From a virus, in IMG/VR virus record IMGVR_UViG_3300044701_003269, positions 110,187 to 174,186 of that record: a stretch of DNA of 64,000 nt. One strand, given 5' to 3'. The notes under the pieces are model-generated. The model was given only the letters and a program-made list of their open reading frames with translations. It searched no databases and was not told the origin of the DNA. Position numbers and translations under genes: made by a program. This document shows, piece by piece, positions 26,789-34,202 of this stretch. The stretch's first letter is position 1. Each line of letters opens with the position of its first letter.

Positions 26789-27273
26789 TGGCAACTTGGC
26801 GAGCAGATGTATTCGTAAACTCCCGCGTCGGACGTATCACGACTGAGGTTCAAGCTTCGACATTCTCTGGTGCAAAAGAGCAAATCTATGCAAAGCACGG
26901 TGACGTTCAACAAATTGCTAATCTGAGAGAGGTTAGAAATAGTGGCAGTTCTTCAGGTTCTGATTTTGGTAGTATTGGTGGAACTGTAGGACTCATCGGA
27001 TTGGTTGCAGCTGCATGGGCATTTGTATCATTCACTCCCTGGATTTTGATGGGTTTAGGTGGTGCTTTCGGAACTTGGGTTGGTGAGAAAGTAACAGGAC
27101 AAAGCATCGAAGAATATAACGAACGTGATGATGATTTGGGACACTCAAAGGCAGCAATCGTTCTTGCACTTGCACTTATTCTAGGTGGACTTGGTTTCGT
27201 CAAAGGTGATGAAATCAAAAAAGGATTTGATGTCCCTGATGCACCTGCAGAAGTGAAAAGTACGCAGAATTAA
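26788..27273 (+). CDS. Hypothetical membrane protein
   Basis: Gly-rich TM segments; stop within repeat copy 9. Confidence 0.7.
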   Translation: MATWRADVFVNSRVGRITTEVQASTFSGAKEQIYAKHGDVQQIANLREVRNSGSSSGSDFGSIGGTVGLIGLVAAAWAFVSFTPWILMGLGGAFGTWVGEKVTGQSIEEYNERDDDLGHSKAAIVLALALILGGLGFVKGDEIKKGFDVPDAPAEVKSTQN

Positions 27274-27303
27274 AGTTACTTAGCTCCAAAGTGGACCTAT
27301 AGT
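27268..27303 (+). repeat. 36-bp repeat, copy 9
   Basis: Consensus copy. Confidence 0.95.
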
Positions 27304-27528
27304 ATGAACATCACTGAAATGCCCGAAGTCTACCACTATCACACCAACTGGAAAGAAGGTAAAGTGAATCAAATGTGGATTCAGCAAGTGAATGACAAGT
27401 TCGTTGCTATTGCATACAACCCCGAAAAGAATGTTTCGATGCCTATGTCGAAACCCCGCACTTCCTACGATGAAACTCTACAATGGGTTCGCAAATGGTG
27501 CGGCACTTTCTGTATCCTTCCTGCCTGA
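27304..27528 (+). CDS. Hypothetical protein
   Basis: ORF abutting the repeat. Confidence 0.65.
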   Translation: MNITEMPEVYHYHTNWKEGKVNQMWIQQVNDKFVAIAYNPEKNVSMPMSKPRTSYDETLQWVRKWCGTFCILPA

Positions 27529-27531
27529 TTG

Positions 27532-27693
27532 ATGATGACTAACATAACCGAACTTGAGGATTTTTTGCGCGAAAAGTGTATGGAAAGTCCTGCACTTCTT
27601 GCTGTAGTGATTGGTGAATACATTAAGAGTTTGAATAAATCTCAAATCACTCAGCTTGAGGACTTCCTTATCGACAACTTCGGTGACAATTAA
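27532..27693 (+). CDS. Small hypothetical protein
   Basis: Hand-called; TAA within repeat copy 10. Confidence 0.55.
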   Translation: MMTNITELEDFLREKCMESPALLAVVIGEYIKSLNKSQITQLEDFLIDNFGDN

Positions 27694-27723
27694 AGTTACT
27701 TAGCTCTAAAGTGGACCTATAGT
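27688..27723 (+). repeat. 36-bp repeat, copy 10
   Basis: AATTAAAGTTACTTAGCTCTAAAGTGGACCTATAGT. Confidence 0.95.
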
Positions 27724-27906
27724 ATGACAAACACCAATCCCTACGTTCAAAACCTCATCGAAATGGGTTACGATGAGAAAGACTGCCAAATGGTTGCTGA
27801 TGCTGGGCGTCAGAAAGTTACCTACCCTCGTACCATTCACGGTCGCACTTTTGCTACTGAAACTGAGTACAAAGAAGCACTCGCAGACTTCATCAACGGT
27901 CTGTGA
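27724..27906 (+). CDS. Hypothetical protein (single-gene cassette)
   Basis: Fills exactly the interval between repeat copies 10 and 11. Confidence 0.7.
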   Translation: MTNTNPYVQNLIEMGYDEKDCQMVADAGRQKVTYPRTIHGRTFATETEYKEALADFINGL

Positions 27907-27941
27907 ATTAAAGTTACTTAGCTCCAAAGCGGACCTATAGT
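27906..27941 (+). repeat. 36-bp repeat, copy 11
   Basis: AATTAAAGTTACTTAGCTCCAAAGCGGACCTATAGT. Confidence 0.95.
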
Positions 27942-28109
27942 ATGACTAACACTTTCACCGTCCGTTTCGAGTCTCCTTCACTCAACTCTCCCGAGTATAT
28001 TGGACCTTTCTACTCTGAAGATGATGCACAAGATTATGCTGATGACCGCAACAGTTCGTTAGCATTATCGGGTATTCCTTCCTCTGTTGCTTGTTACTCT
28101 GTTGTTTGA
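27942..28109 (+). CDS. Small hypothetical protein (55 aa)
   Basis: Hand-called MTNTFTVRFES...YIGPFYSEDDAQDYA. Confidence 0.6.
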   Translation: MTNTFTVRFESPSLNSPEYIGPFYSEDDAQDYADDRNSSLALSGIPSSVACYSVV

Positions 28110-28115
28110 TTGATT

Positions 28116-28280
28116 ATGACACAAACCACTCTCACTTTTGAGGAGATTGATGCTCTTCTGGTACTCATTGAACATCACACAAAAGAAAGTTGGCATGAAA
28201 TGGTTGAGATTACTGGTTACGATGTAGGCATCTGCAGAGATCTTTATGACAAACTCACTGAAATGCAGGATGAAGTCTGA
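28116..28280 (+). CDS. Small hypothetical protein
   Basis: Hand-called MTQTTLTFEEIDALL... Confidence 0.55.
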   Translation: MTQTTLTFEEIDALLVLIEHHTKESWHEMVEITGYDVGICRDLYDKLTEMQDEV

Positions 28281-28414
28281 TGAGAATTGCTTTTCTGATT
28301 GCAACTTTAGCACTGGGACTTCGCCTTGGTTTGAGTGCTCATGCTACAGTGAATGAGTATCAAGAACAGCAAGCAGATCGCTTCTGTCAGATAGATCCAA
28401 GCTACTGCAATTAA
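28280..28414 (+). CDS. Small secreted/membrane peptide
   Basis: Hand-called MRIAFLIATLALG...; TAA within the truncated repeat. Confidence 0.55.
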   Translation: MRIAFLIATLALGLRLGLSAHATVNEYQEQQADRFCQIDPSYCN

Positions 28415-28424
28415 AGTTACTTAG
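28409..28424 (+). repeat. Truncated (left-half) repeat copy
   Basis: AATTAAAGTTACTTAG then diverges. Confidence 0.85.
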
Positions 28425-28434
28425 GACTCACATT

Positions 28435-28611
28435 ATGACTAACAATGCTTTCATTCTCAACGACACTGCAAAGAATGATGCTGCAGTGCAACTTGCAATG
28501 GCAAATTATGTCAAACAGTTGGAGCGTGAAGAAGCACGTAGGCAAGCAATTCTCTCTGGGAAGTATATTCCTTGCCCCGAAACTGTTTGGAACATCTCTG
28601 ACCGCGATTGA
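28435..28611 (+). CDS. Small hypothetical protein
   Basis: Hand-called MTNNAFILNDTAKND... Confidence 0.55.
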   Translation: MTNNAFILNDTAKNDAAVQLAMANYVKQLEREEARRQAILSGKYIPCPETVWNISDRD

Positions 28612-28752
28612 TGGCAAGGAGACTAACACTTAGGAATCCATCGAAAGTGAAAACGATTGCACTTGTCTTCATCGTTGCAATGATACTCTCACCAGGAGTT
28701 CGCAACACAACATCCAACACACTACACACATTAGCAGACATTATTTCGACCA

Positions 28753-28893
28753 ATGATTGAGACTGAGTTCTTTCTTCTGAATGAGGAACAATTCAATGAG
28801 TATAGCACACTTGCAGATGAAGCTGGTGTGAATATTGACTATTACTTGTCAGAGTTTTGTGATGTGATTGGACCTGATGTTATCGTCAATTAA
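28753..28893 (+). CDS. Small acidic hypothetical protein
   Basis: Hand-called; TAA within repeat copy 12. Confidence 0.55.
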   Translation: MIETEFFLLNEEQFNEYSTLADEAGVNIDYYLSEFCDVIGPDVIVN

Positions 28894-28923
28894 AGTTACT
28901 TAGCTCCAAAGCGGACCTATAGT
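28888..28923 (+). repeat. 36-bp repeat, copy 12
   Basis: GCGG variant. Confidence 0.95.
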
Positions 28924-29211
28924 ATGAACATCACTGACCTCTTCGACTCCATCAAACTCAGCGAGCAGATTGCTCTCGAACACTATCAACAACTCAACGG
29001 TGTTGTTGATTATCGGTTGCCCGGAGTTTGTAACCACTACTTCGCAAAGTATGATTTGCAAGGTACACGAGATGGCGAAATCTGCCTGACCTGTAAAGTT
29101 GCCAAGACTGTAAAAGGTCAGTTGCGTTATACCTTCCAAATCAACGGTAAGCGTATCGCAGAAAAGCAAATTGCTGCTGAGTTTAATGCTCTCGGTGCTT
29201 TCACTCACTGA
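28924..29211 (+). CDS. Hypothetical protein
   Basis: ORF abutting the repeat. Confidence 0.7.
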   Translation: MNITDLFDSIKLSEQIALEHYQQLNGVVDYRLPGVCNHYFAKYDLQGTRDGEICLTCKVAKTVKGQLRYTFQINGKRIAEKQIAAEFNALGAFTH

Positions 29212-29217
29212 CATCAA

Positions 29218-29403
29218 ATGAACAATCAAACTAACATTGAAGCAACAGTATTTGCAGCAGTTGTAGGCATTATCATCATCGCACTTGCCTTTGCTATTTT
29301 ACACTTTCGCAATCCACAAATCGAAGCAAAGTGTATTGCAAAAGGAGGACAAGTTCTTGTTACTCCAGGTCGCATCAGTTCTTGTCTTTATCCGAGCAGG
29401 TAA
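29218..29403 (+). CDS. Small TM protein
   Basis: Hydrophobic N-terminus; stop overlaps repeat copy 13. Confidence 0.6.
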   Translation: MNNQTNIEATVFAAVVGIIIIALAFAILHFRNPQIEAKCIAKGGQVLVTPGRISSCLYPSR

Positions 29404-29437
29404 TTAAAGTTACTTAGCTCCAAAGCGGACCTATAGT
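29402..29437 (+). repeat. 36-bp repeat, copy 13
   Basis: GCGG variant. Confidence 0.95.
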
Positions 29438-29461
29438 ATCACCACACATAACCAAAACCAA

Positions 29462-29773
29462 ATGCGAGTTATCGAACGCCAAATGAATAAAGCAATCAGC
29501 ACTGAGACTGATTGGAAGAAAGACAACACACAAGTTGTCAACATCGAAGGTGTCAGCTTTGTCTATCTGTATAACAATCTGATTGCAATGGTAGGTGATA
29601 CTTGGTTGGAATTGTTTGATGGTGGATATAAGTCTGCCACGACTAAATCGCGTCTCAATGCTATTCTTGCAGAGCACGGGAATAGCGAGTATGTCTATCA
29701 GAAAAACTTTGAATGGTTTGTGTCTACTAAGTATGGAGATGTTCCTTTCTACAATACCATCAAGTTGAACTGA
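29462..29773 (+). CDS. Conserved hypothetical phage protein (MRxIE...TTKSRLNA family)
   Basis: DGGYKSATTKSRLNAIL...VYQKNFEW. Confidence 0.75.
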   Translation: MRVIERQMNKAISTETDWKKDNTQVVNIEGVSFVYLYNNLIAMVGDTWLELFDGGYKSATTKSRLNAILAEHGNSEYVYQKNFEWFVSTKYGDVPFYNTIKLN

Positions 29774-29808
29774 ATTAAAGTTACTTAGCTCCAAAGCGGA
29801 CCTATAGT
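29773..29808 (+). repeat. 36-bp repeat, copy 14
   Basis: GCGG variant. Confidence 0.95.
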
Positions 29809-29979
29809 ATGACTGACACTCAAATGACTACCAAGCAAAAGGAAACCTTCCGCGATCTCTTCACTGAAGACCAGTGGGATATGATCTACAACTTCGTCGG
29901 AAATGCACTCGATGATGATGATTTTGATGCAGAAGATGTGTATAGCATCCGCAACAAGATTCACGCACTGTTTAACTGA
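29809..29979 (+). CDS. Small hypothetical protein
   Basis: Hand-called MTDTQMTTKQKETFRDLFTEDQW... Confidence 0.6.
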   Translation: MTDTQMTTKQKETFRDLFTEDQWDMIYNFVGNALDDDDFDAEDVYSIRNKIHALFN

Positions 29980-29990
29980 AACTCACTGAA

Positions 29991-30182
29991 ATGACAATGA
30001 CATTTACTGAAGCACTTATCGCATCTGGTTATTACTTCCAACCTGAATGTGGTGCATTTCATAAAGCAGATGCCAATGGAAATGAGCACTCTTATGTAGA
30101 GCAAGATGAGAACACTTGGTCCTATGAAAAGTATAACCAAGACGGTCAACTTGTGTCTTCTAAAGTATTCTCACTGGACTGA
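29991..30182 (+). CDS. Hypothetical protein
   Basis: Stop overlaps repeat copy 15. Confidence 0.65.
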   Translation: MTMTFTEALIASGYYFQPECGAFHKADANGNEHSYVEQDENTWSYEKYNQDGQLVSSKVFSLD

Positions 30183-30217
30183 ATTAAAGTTACTTAGCTC
30201 CAAAGTGGACCTATAGT
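30182..30217 (+). repeat. 36-bp repeat, copy 15
   Basis: Consensus copy. Confidence 0.95.
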
Positions 30218-30397
30218 ATGAGCAACCAACTTCAGCAAATCTGCCTAGACAAAGCACAACAAATTGCCAATGAAATCAACGGTGATTTGTATTATGTCCC
30301 ACAAGAAGACATCGACCAACTGTTATCTCAACTCACCGAAGATAATGTAGATGATGTTGCTGAAGAACTTGCCGAATTAGCACACTGGTTTAACTAA
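30218..30397 (+). CDS. Small acidic hypothetical protein (59 aa)
   Basis: Hand-called MSNQLQQICLDKAQQIANEING... Confidence 0.6.
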   Translation: MSNQLQQICLDKAQQIANEINGDLYYVPQEDIDQLLSQLTEDNVDDVAEELAELAHWFN

Positions 30398-30589
30398 ATG
30401 ACCGAACAACAAAAGGATACAATGCTCGCAAACATCCTAGAGCAAGTCCAATCTCAAATCGAACATTTAGTCGATCAAGATTTAATCGAAGAGTCTTATG
30501 CTCTGTATAAAGAATGGGAAGAACATTTCGATCCTAATGTTAAACAACTAGAAATCATTACTGTTATCGATCTCACTACTATTCAATGA
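30398..30589 (+). CDS. Hypothetical protein
   Basis: ORF track. Confidence 0.6.
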   Translation: MTEQQKDTMLANILEQVQSQIEHLVDQDLIEESYALYKEWEEHFDPNVKQLEIITVIDLTTIQ

Positions 30590-30792
30590 AACCTTTTCTA
30601 AACATCACGTTTGCTGTTGAACTTCTAGTCCTCACTTGTCTTGCTACAGTAGCAGTCAATGCACAATCAAACAATAACGAAAACGTCAACAAGTTCTGTG
30701 CCTATGTTGTAGGAATACCATATGCATCAGATAACTTTACTGATGAAGAATGGGAGAGGTTCAAGTATTGTAGAGACACACTCAATCAGTAA
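30586..30792 (+). CDS. Hypothetical secreted/membrane protein
   Basis: Signal-like N-terminus. Confidence 0.6.
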   Translation: MKPFLNITFAVELLVLTCLATVAVNAQSNNNENVNKFCAYVVGIPYASDNFTDEEWERFKYCRDTLNQ

Positions 30793-30908
30793 CACATAGT
30801 GAGGAAGGAGTTTGCCTCATCTACAAAAGAAAGTGACTCTGTAAAGTGATAGATAATTCCTATTCATTTGGTGGCGCTTGCGCTCCCCCTTCGGGAGTTG
30901 GATTATAG

Positions 30909-30937
30909 AGAGAGGGAGTGGTTACCCTCTCTTTTTT
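30909..30937 (+). terminator. Rho-independent terminator
   Basis: AGAGAGGG..CCCTCTCT-TTTTT. Confidence 0.7.
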
Positions 30938-31161
30938 ATTGCCAAAAAACGTTATTTTAATGCTTAAATGTTATGAAATCAATAAAAAAGCCTTTTTTAA
31001 TTATAGCTAAGCGGTTTATTTGTTCTCAATAAGATGTTAGTTATTGAGAATCAATAAGGGTTCTAATTGAGAATTAGTGACCTTTTATACCCTATTAAAC
31101 CCTTCTAGACCTGACACTTATACCCTTTTAAATGTGCTGAGACCTTGTGATCTTTGCCTGC

Positions 31162-31190
31162 AAGCTATCACACACGCGCACAAATGTCAA
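31162..31190 (-). promoter_or_regulatory. Leftward sigma70-type promoter
   Basis: Minus strand TTGACA-17-TAGCTT with extended TGn. Confidence 0.55.
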
Positions 31191-31263
31191 GCACCCCCGC
31201 GTTATCAAATCCCCACACATACCTCATAAAATCTCCACGCCCCGAATAAATACCCCCAAGGAC

Positions 31264-31292
31264 TTGACAACAATTCCCAGGCATCTTACAAT
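31264..31292 (+). promoter_or_regulatory. Sigma70-type promoter
   Basis: TTGACA-17-TACAAT. Confidence 0.75.
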
Positions 31293-31321
31293 ACCTACAG
31301 TAACACTCAAGGAGCACACTT

Positions 31322-31495
31322 ATGTCGGTTGCGTATCAGAAAGCTCAGAAGCAGCGTTATAGAGTCACCCTAGAACTTGAGGTCTTCGAAGACTTCGACC
31401 CGCACCAACTTGACTGGGAGAAAGTATTTAAGTTGGAACCAGCTGAGAAGGTAGAAGCATACGTAGAAGACCTAAGTAGACCTGATAGGTGGTAA
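31322..31495 (+). CDS. Small hypothetical protein (57 aa)
   Basis: AAGGAG SD; MSVAYQKAQKQRYRVTLELEVFEDFDPHQLDWEK...; own promoter and terminator. Confidence 0.7.
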   Translation: MSVAYQKAQKQRYRVTLELEVFEDFDPHQLDWEKVFKLEPAEKVEAYVEDLSRPDRW

Positions 31496-31522
31496 CTTAT
31501 AAAACCTCATATACACTCCTTG

Positions 31523-31547
31523 AAAGACTCCTAGTGGGGTCTTTTTT
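31523..31547 (+). terminator. Rho-independent terminator
   Basis: AAAGACTCC-TAGT-GGGGTCTTT-TTT. Confidence 0.7.
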
Positions 31548-31553
31548 AATGCC

Positions 31554-31582
31554 TTGACATACCTTACTGTTTCTGATACAAT
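31554..31582 (+). promoter_or_regulatory. Sigma70-type promoter
   Basis: TTGACA-17-TACAAT with extended TG. Confidence 0.7.
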
Positions 31583-31730
31583 TACCTTTGTGGAGGTTAA
31601 TAAGGGAACTATGAGTAAGCTTAAGCCACCAGTCTTATTATACACCAGAGAACACCGTTAGGTAATCACGAACGTAGTGAGTGATTGAGTAGAGAACTGT
31701 AAGGACCTAAGTGATACGTAGAGATGCACC

Positions 31731-31766
31731 AAATAAAGTTGCTTAGCTGCAAAGTGGACTTATAGT
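31731..31766 (+). repeat. 36-bp repeat, copy 16 (divergent)
   Basis: AAATAAAGTTGCTTAGCTGCAAAGTGGACTTATAGT. Confidence 0.85.
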
Positions 31767-31813
31767 ATGAGGGGCACACAACTCACCCCGAAAGATTCAC
31801 TAACTAACCACCA

Positions 31814-32068
31814 ATGACTGTTACTTACCAACGCAATCTCCTCTCCACTGAGTATAATGGTTGGGAGAATTATGAGACCTGGAATGTTGCTCTGTGGATC
31901 AACAATGATGAGGGTTTGTATCACCTTGCTGCTGAGTGTGGTGATTATGAGTCATTCATCACCACACTGTTTCTGATGGGTTATCCCGAACATAACCCCG
32001 ATGGCGTATCTTGGGGATCCCCTAAAGTTAACAGGATTCAGATTAACTCAGACGTGTTCGATTTCTAG
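31814..32068 (+). CDS. Conserved hypothetical phage protein (YNGWxNYETW family)
   Basis: YNGWENYETWNVALWINNDEGLY. Confidence 0.75.
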   Translation: MTVTYQRNLLSTEYNGWENYETWNVALWINNDEGLYHLAAECGDYESFITTLFLMGYPEHNPDGVSWGSPKVNRIQINSDVFDF

Positions 32069-32109
32069 TCTTAAGTATCACTCACTCCATGTTCGTTTCT
32101 AACACTCAA

Positions 32110-32271
32110 ATGACACAATCACGCACCGTCACCTTCACTAACGTACAAGACAATGTGGAGCGTACTGTAGAGTTTCCCACTATCAATCAAGCAATGCAAT
32201 TTGTCAACACTTTGCATATCGCTGGAGTGCAAGCAGTAGTTAATCTTCTCCCTGAAGATATCGCTGCCTGA
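32110..32271 (+). CDS. Small hypothetical protein
   Basis: MTQSRTVTF start. Confidence 0.55.
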   Translation: MTQSRTVTFTNVQDNVERTVEFPTINQAMQFVNTLHIAGVQAVVNLLPEDIAA

Positions 32272-32489
32272 TATAACTTACTCCTGTCACAAGAGTATAA
32301 ACTAGGCACCTCACAGTTACTAACACACAACAACACAAAATGTCTAAGCAAGTTCTCCTTTCCCTTCTGGCTCAAGGTAACACTGGCACTGAGATTCTTT
32401 CGATTCTTGATGCACTCGTTGCAGACCAAGCTTCGGAGGGTTATGATAACGAACCCACTGCAGATATGATCGAGTTCTGATACTAACTG

Positions 32490-32530
32490 TGCGTGCTCTG
32501 GTTGACACTGGGGCACGCATATGTTATGAT
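32490..32530 (+). promoter_or_regulatory. Sigma70-type promoter with -35 in a hairpin loop
   Basis: TGCGTGCTC..TTGACA..GGGCACGCA; TTGACA 32502-32507, 17 bp, TATGAT 32525-32530. Confidence 0.65.
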
Positions 32531-32676
32531 GTATTCGTGTCAGTATTCGGCAGTTATATTGGCGCGTTGTTTATATCGCCGCGCGGCGTTGCGTTATAAA
32601 AATGCCTAACTACCCTAACCTACAGAGGTGACAAATCGACCTCGAAGTATCACATTCATAAAAATTTTCCGGAAGT

Positions 32677-32835
32677 ATGAGAGCACTTAAAAACCGCCGC
32701 ACAACGCCCTACTGGAATTTCTGGAGAGTGATACTCGCAGGTTGGATAATCAGATATCCAAAGAGTATGGGAAGAATTGTATTCATCCCCCTCGGATTTT
32801 TGATTGTGATGATATATAATGCGTTAGTAAATTAA
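32677..32835 (+). CDS. Small membrane protein (52 aa)
   Basis: Hand-called ...TPYWNFWRVILAGWIIRYPK... Confidence 0.55.
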   Translation: MRALKNRRTTPYWNFWRVILAGWIIRYPKSMGRIVFIPLGFLIVMIYNALVN

Positions 32836-32870
32836 AGTTTACTAAAAAAATTCCCGGGTATATTTTTTAT

Positions 32871-33062
32871 ATGGAAAAGGTTTATCACATATACGCAAAG
32901 GATAAGTGTTTATTTCACTCTATCAAAGAAGAAGATTTTCATACAACATGGAATACTCTCAATAATATGGTAGGCTTAATGAAGACTGACTATAATGTTG
33001 ATGATTTGACATATGAAGAGTTATATGTGAATAAAGATACTATTTTGAATTCTTCACATTAA
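32871..33062 (+). CDS. Hypothetical phage protein
   Basis: ORF track. Confidence 0.7.
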   Translation: MEKVYHIYAKDKCLFHSIKEEDFHTTWNTLNNMVGLMKTDYNVDDLTYEELYVNKDTILNSSH

Positions 33063-33130
33063 CTCTAAGGGGGGCATTGACAAAGGCATATATAGACTGA
33101 TAAAATTTGAACTGAAGGTTTAATTTTCTT

Positions 33131-33898
33131 ATGGCAAAAGGATTTACAGTAAAAGCAAATGCACCTGCACCCAAAGAACAAGAATGGGATATTGCAGCAA
33201 TTAAAGAACGTATGCGAGGGAAGAGTATTGTATTCTGTCTTCCTGGACGTGGATGTTCTTTTACTTTTCTGAAGAATTTCGTACAACTATGTTTTGACAT
33301 GGTTCAGAATGGAATGAGTATTCAGATTTCACAAGATTATTCTTCTATGGTAAACTTTGCACGTTGTAAAGTTTTGGGTGCAAATGTACTTCGTGGTCCG
33401 AAGCAAATTCCTTGGGATGGTAGATTGGAGTATGATTATCAACTTTGGATTGACTCGGATATTGTCTTTGACACGAACAAGTTCTGGCAGCTCTGTGATC
33501 TTGCTCTGAACGAAGAAGGTGAAGAGAAGGAAATTGTTGCTGGTTGGTATGCAACAGAAGATGGTCACACAACCTCTGTCGCACACTGGTTAGAAGAAGA
33601 TGATTTCCGCAAGAATGGTGGAGTCATGAATCATGAAACCGTAGAGTCTATTTCAAAGCGTAGAAAGCCTTTCACAGTTGATTACACTGGATTTGGTTGG
33701 GTATTGATTAAGAAGGGAGTCTTTGAGAATCTCGAATATCCTTGGTTTGCTCCTAAGATGCAAGTCTTTGAATCTGGCAATGTTCAGGATATGTGTGGTG
33801 AGGATGTTTCATTCTGTCTTGATGCTAAAGAGGAAGGTTTTGAAATCTGGTGCGATCCTCGTATTAGAGTGGGGCATGAAAAAACTCGCGTAATCTAA
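33131..33898 (+). CDS. GT-A fold glycosyltransferase (GT2-like)
   Basis: LWIDSDIVF (DxD), TGFGWVLIK, GEDVSFC, VGHEK; promoter TTGACA-18-TAAAAT at 33077-33106. Confidence 0.8.
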   Translation: MAKGFTVKANAPAPKEQEWDIAAIKERMRGKSIVFCLPGRGCSFTFLKNFVQLCFDMVQNGMSIQISQDYSSMVNFARCKVLGANVLRGPKQIPWDGRLEYDYQLWIDSDIVFDTNKFWQLCDLALNEEGEEKEIVAGWYATEDGHTTSVAHWLEEDDFRKNGGVMNHETVESISKRRKPFTVDYTGFGWVLIKKGVFENLEYPWFAPKMQVFESGNVQDMCGEDVSFCLDAKEEGFEIWCDPRIRVGHEKTRVI

Positions 33899-34050
33899 TG
33901 GAAAAGAGATACAATCTTTTGTATAACGGTAGAAAACTTTATACTGACCTCAGTGCAGAAGAATGTACTGAGGTTCTTCAAGAACTTTCAGAAGATTATT
34001 TTTCTGAAATTGATATTGATCCTAATTTAATCGAACTGGAGGAAATCTAA
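33898..34050 (+). CDS. Small hypothetical protein
   Basis: Hand-called; coupled to both neighbours. Confidence 0.6.
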   Translation: MEKRYNLLYNGRKLYTDLSAEECTEVLQELSEDYFSEIDIDPNLIELEEI

Positions 34051-34181
34051 TGGCACTTAATAAAACTATTTTTGAACCCGGAGCACCAAAGAAGACTCGC
34101 CAAGGCCGTTCTCCTCGCACATTACTTAGTGCAACCTCTCGCAATGGTAAGAAGAAAAAGTATCGCGGCCAAGGTAAATAG
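34050..34181 (+). CDS. Small basic protein (43 aa, ...KKKYRGQGK)
   Basis: GGAGG SD; MALNKTIFEPGAPKKTRQGRS... Confidence 0.65.
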   Translation: MALNKTIFEPGAPKKTRQGRSPRTLLSATSRNGKKKKYRGQGK

Positions 34182-34202
34182 ATAACAGATGTAAGTTTAC
34201 AT

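Noticed and set aside
28445-28633. Track ORF 28445-28633
   Set aside because: The alternative frame 28435-28611 has a better start context and protein-like composition.
31147-31362. ORF 31147-31362 as a gene
   Set aside because: Runs across divergent promoters and overlaps the better-supported ORF 31322-31495, which has an SD, promoter and terminator.
16055-31766. CRISPR array interpretation of the 36-bp repeats
   Set aside because: Intervals are about 180 to over 3000 bp and contain intact genes rather than 30-40-nt spacers; no cas genes in the window.
16055-31766. Classical integron (attC/IntI) or Xer/dif cassette array
   Set aside because: No RYYYAAC...GTTRRRY boxes, no convincing XerC/D arms, and no tyrosine recombinase motif set in any ORF here. 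Kept only as an analogy.
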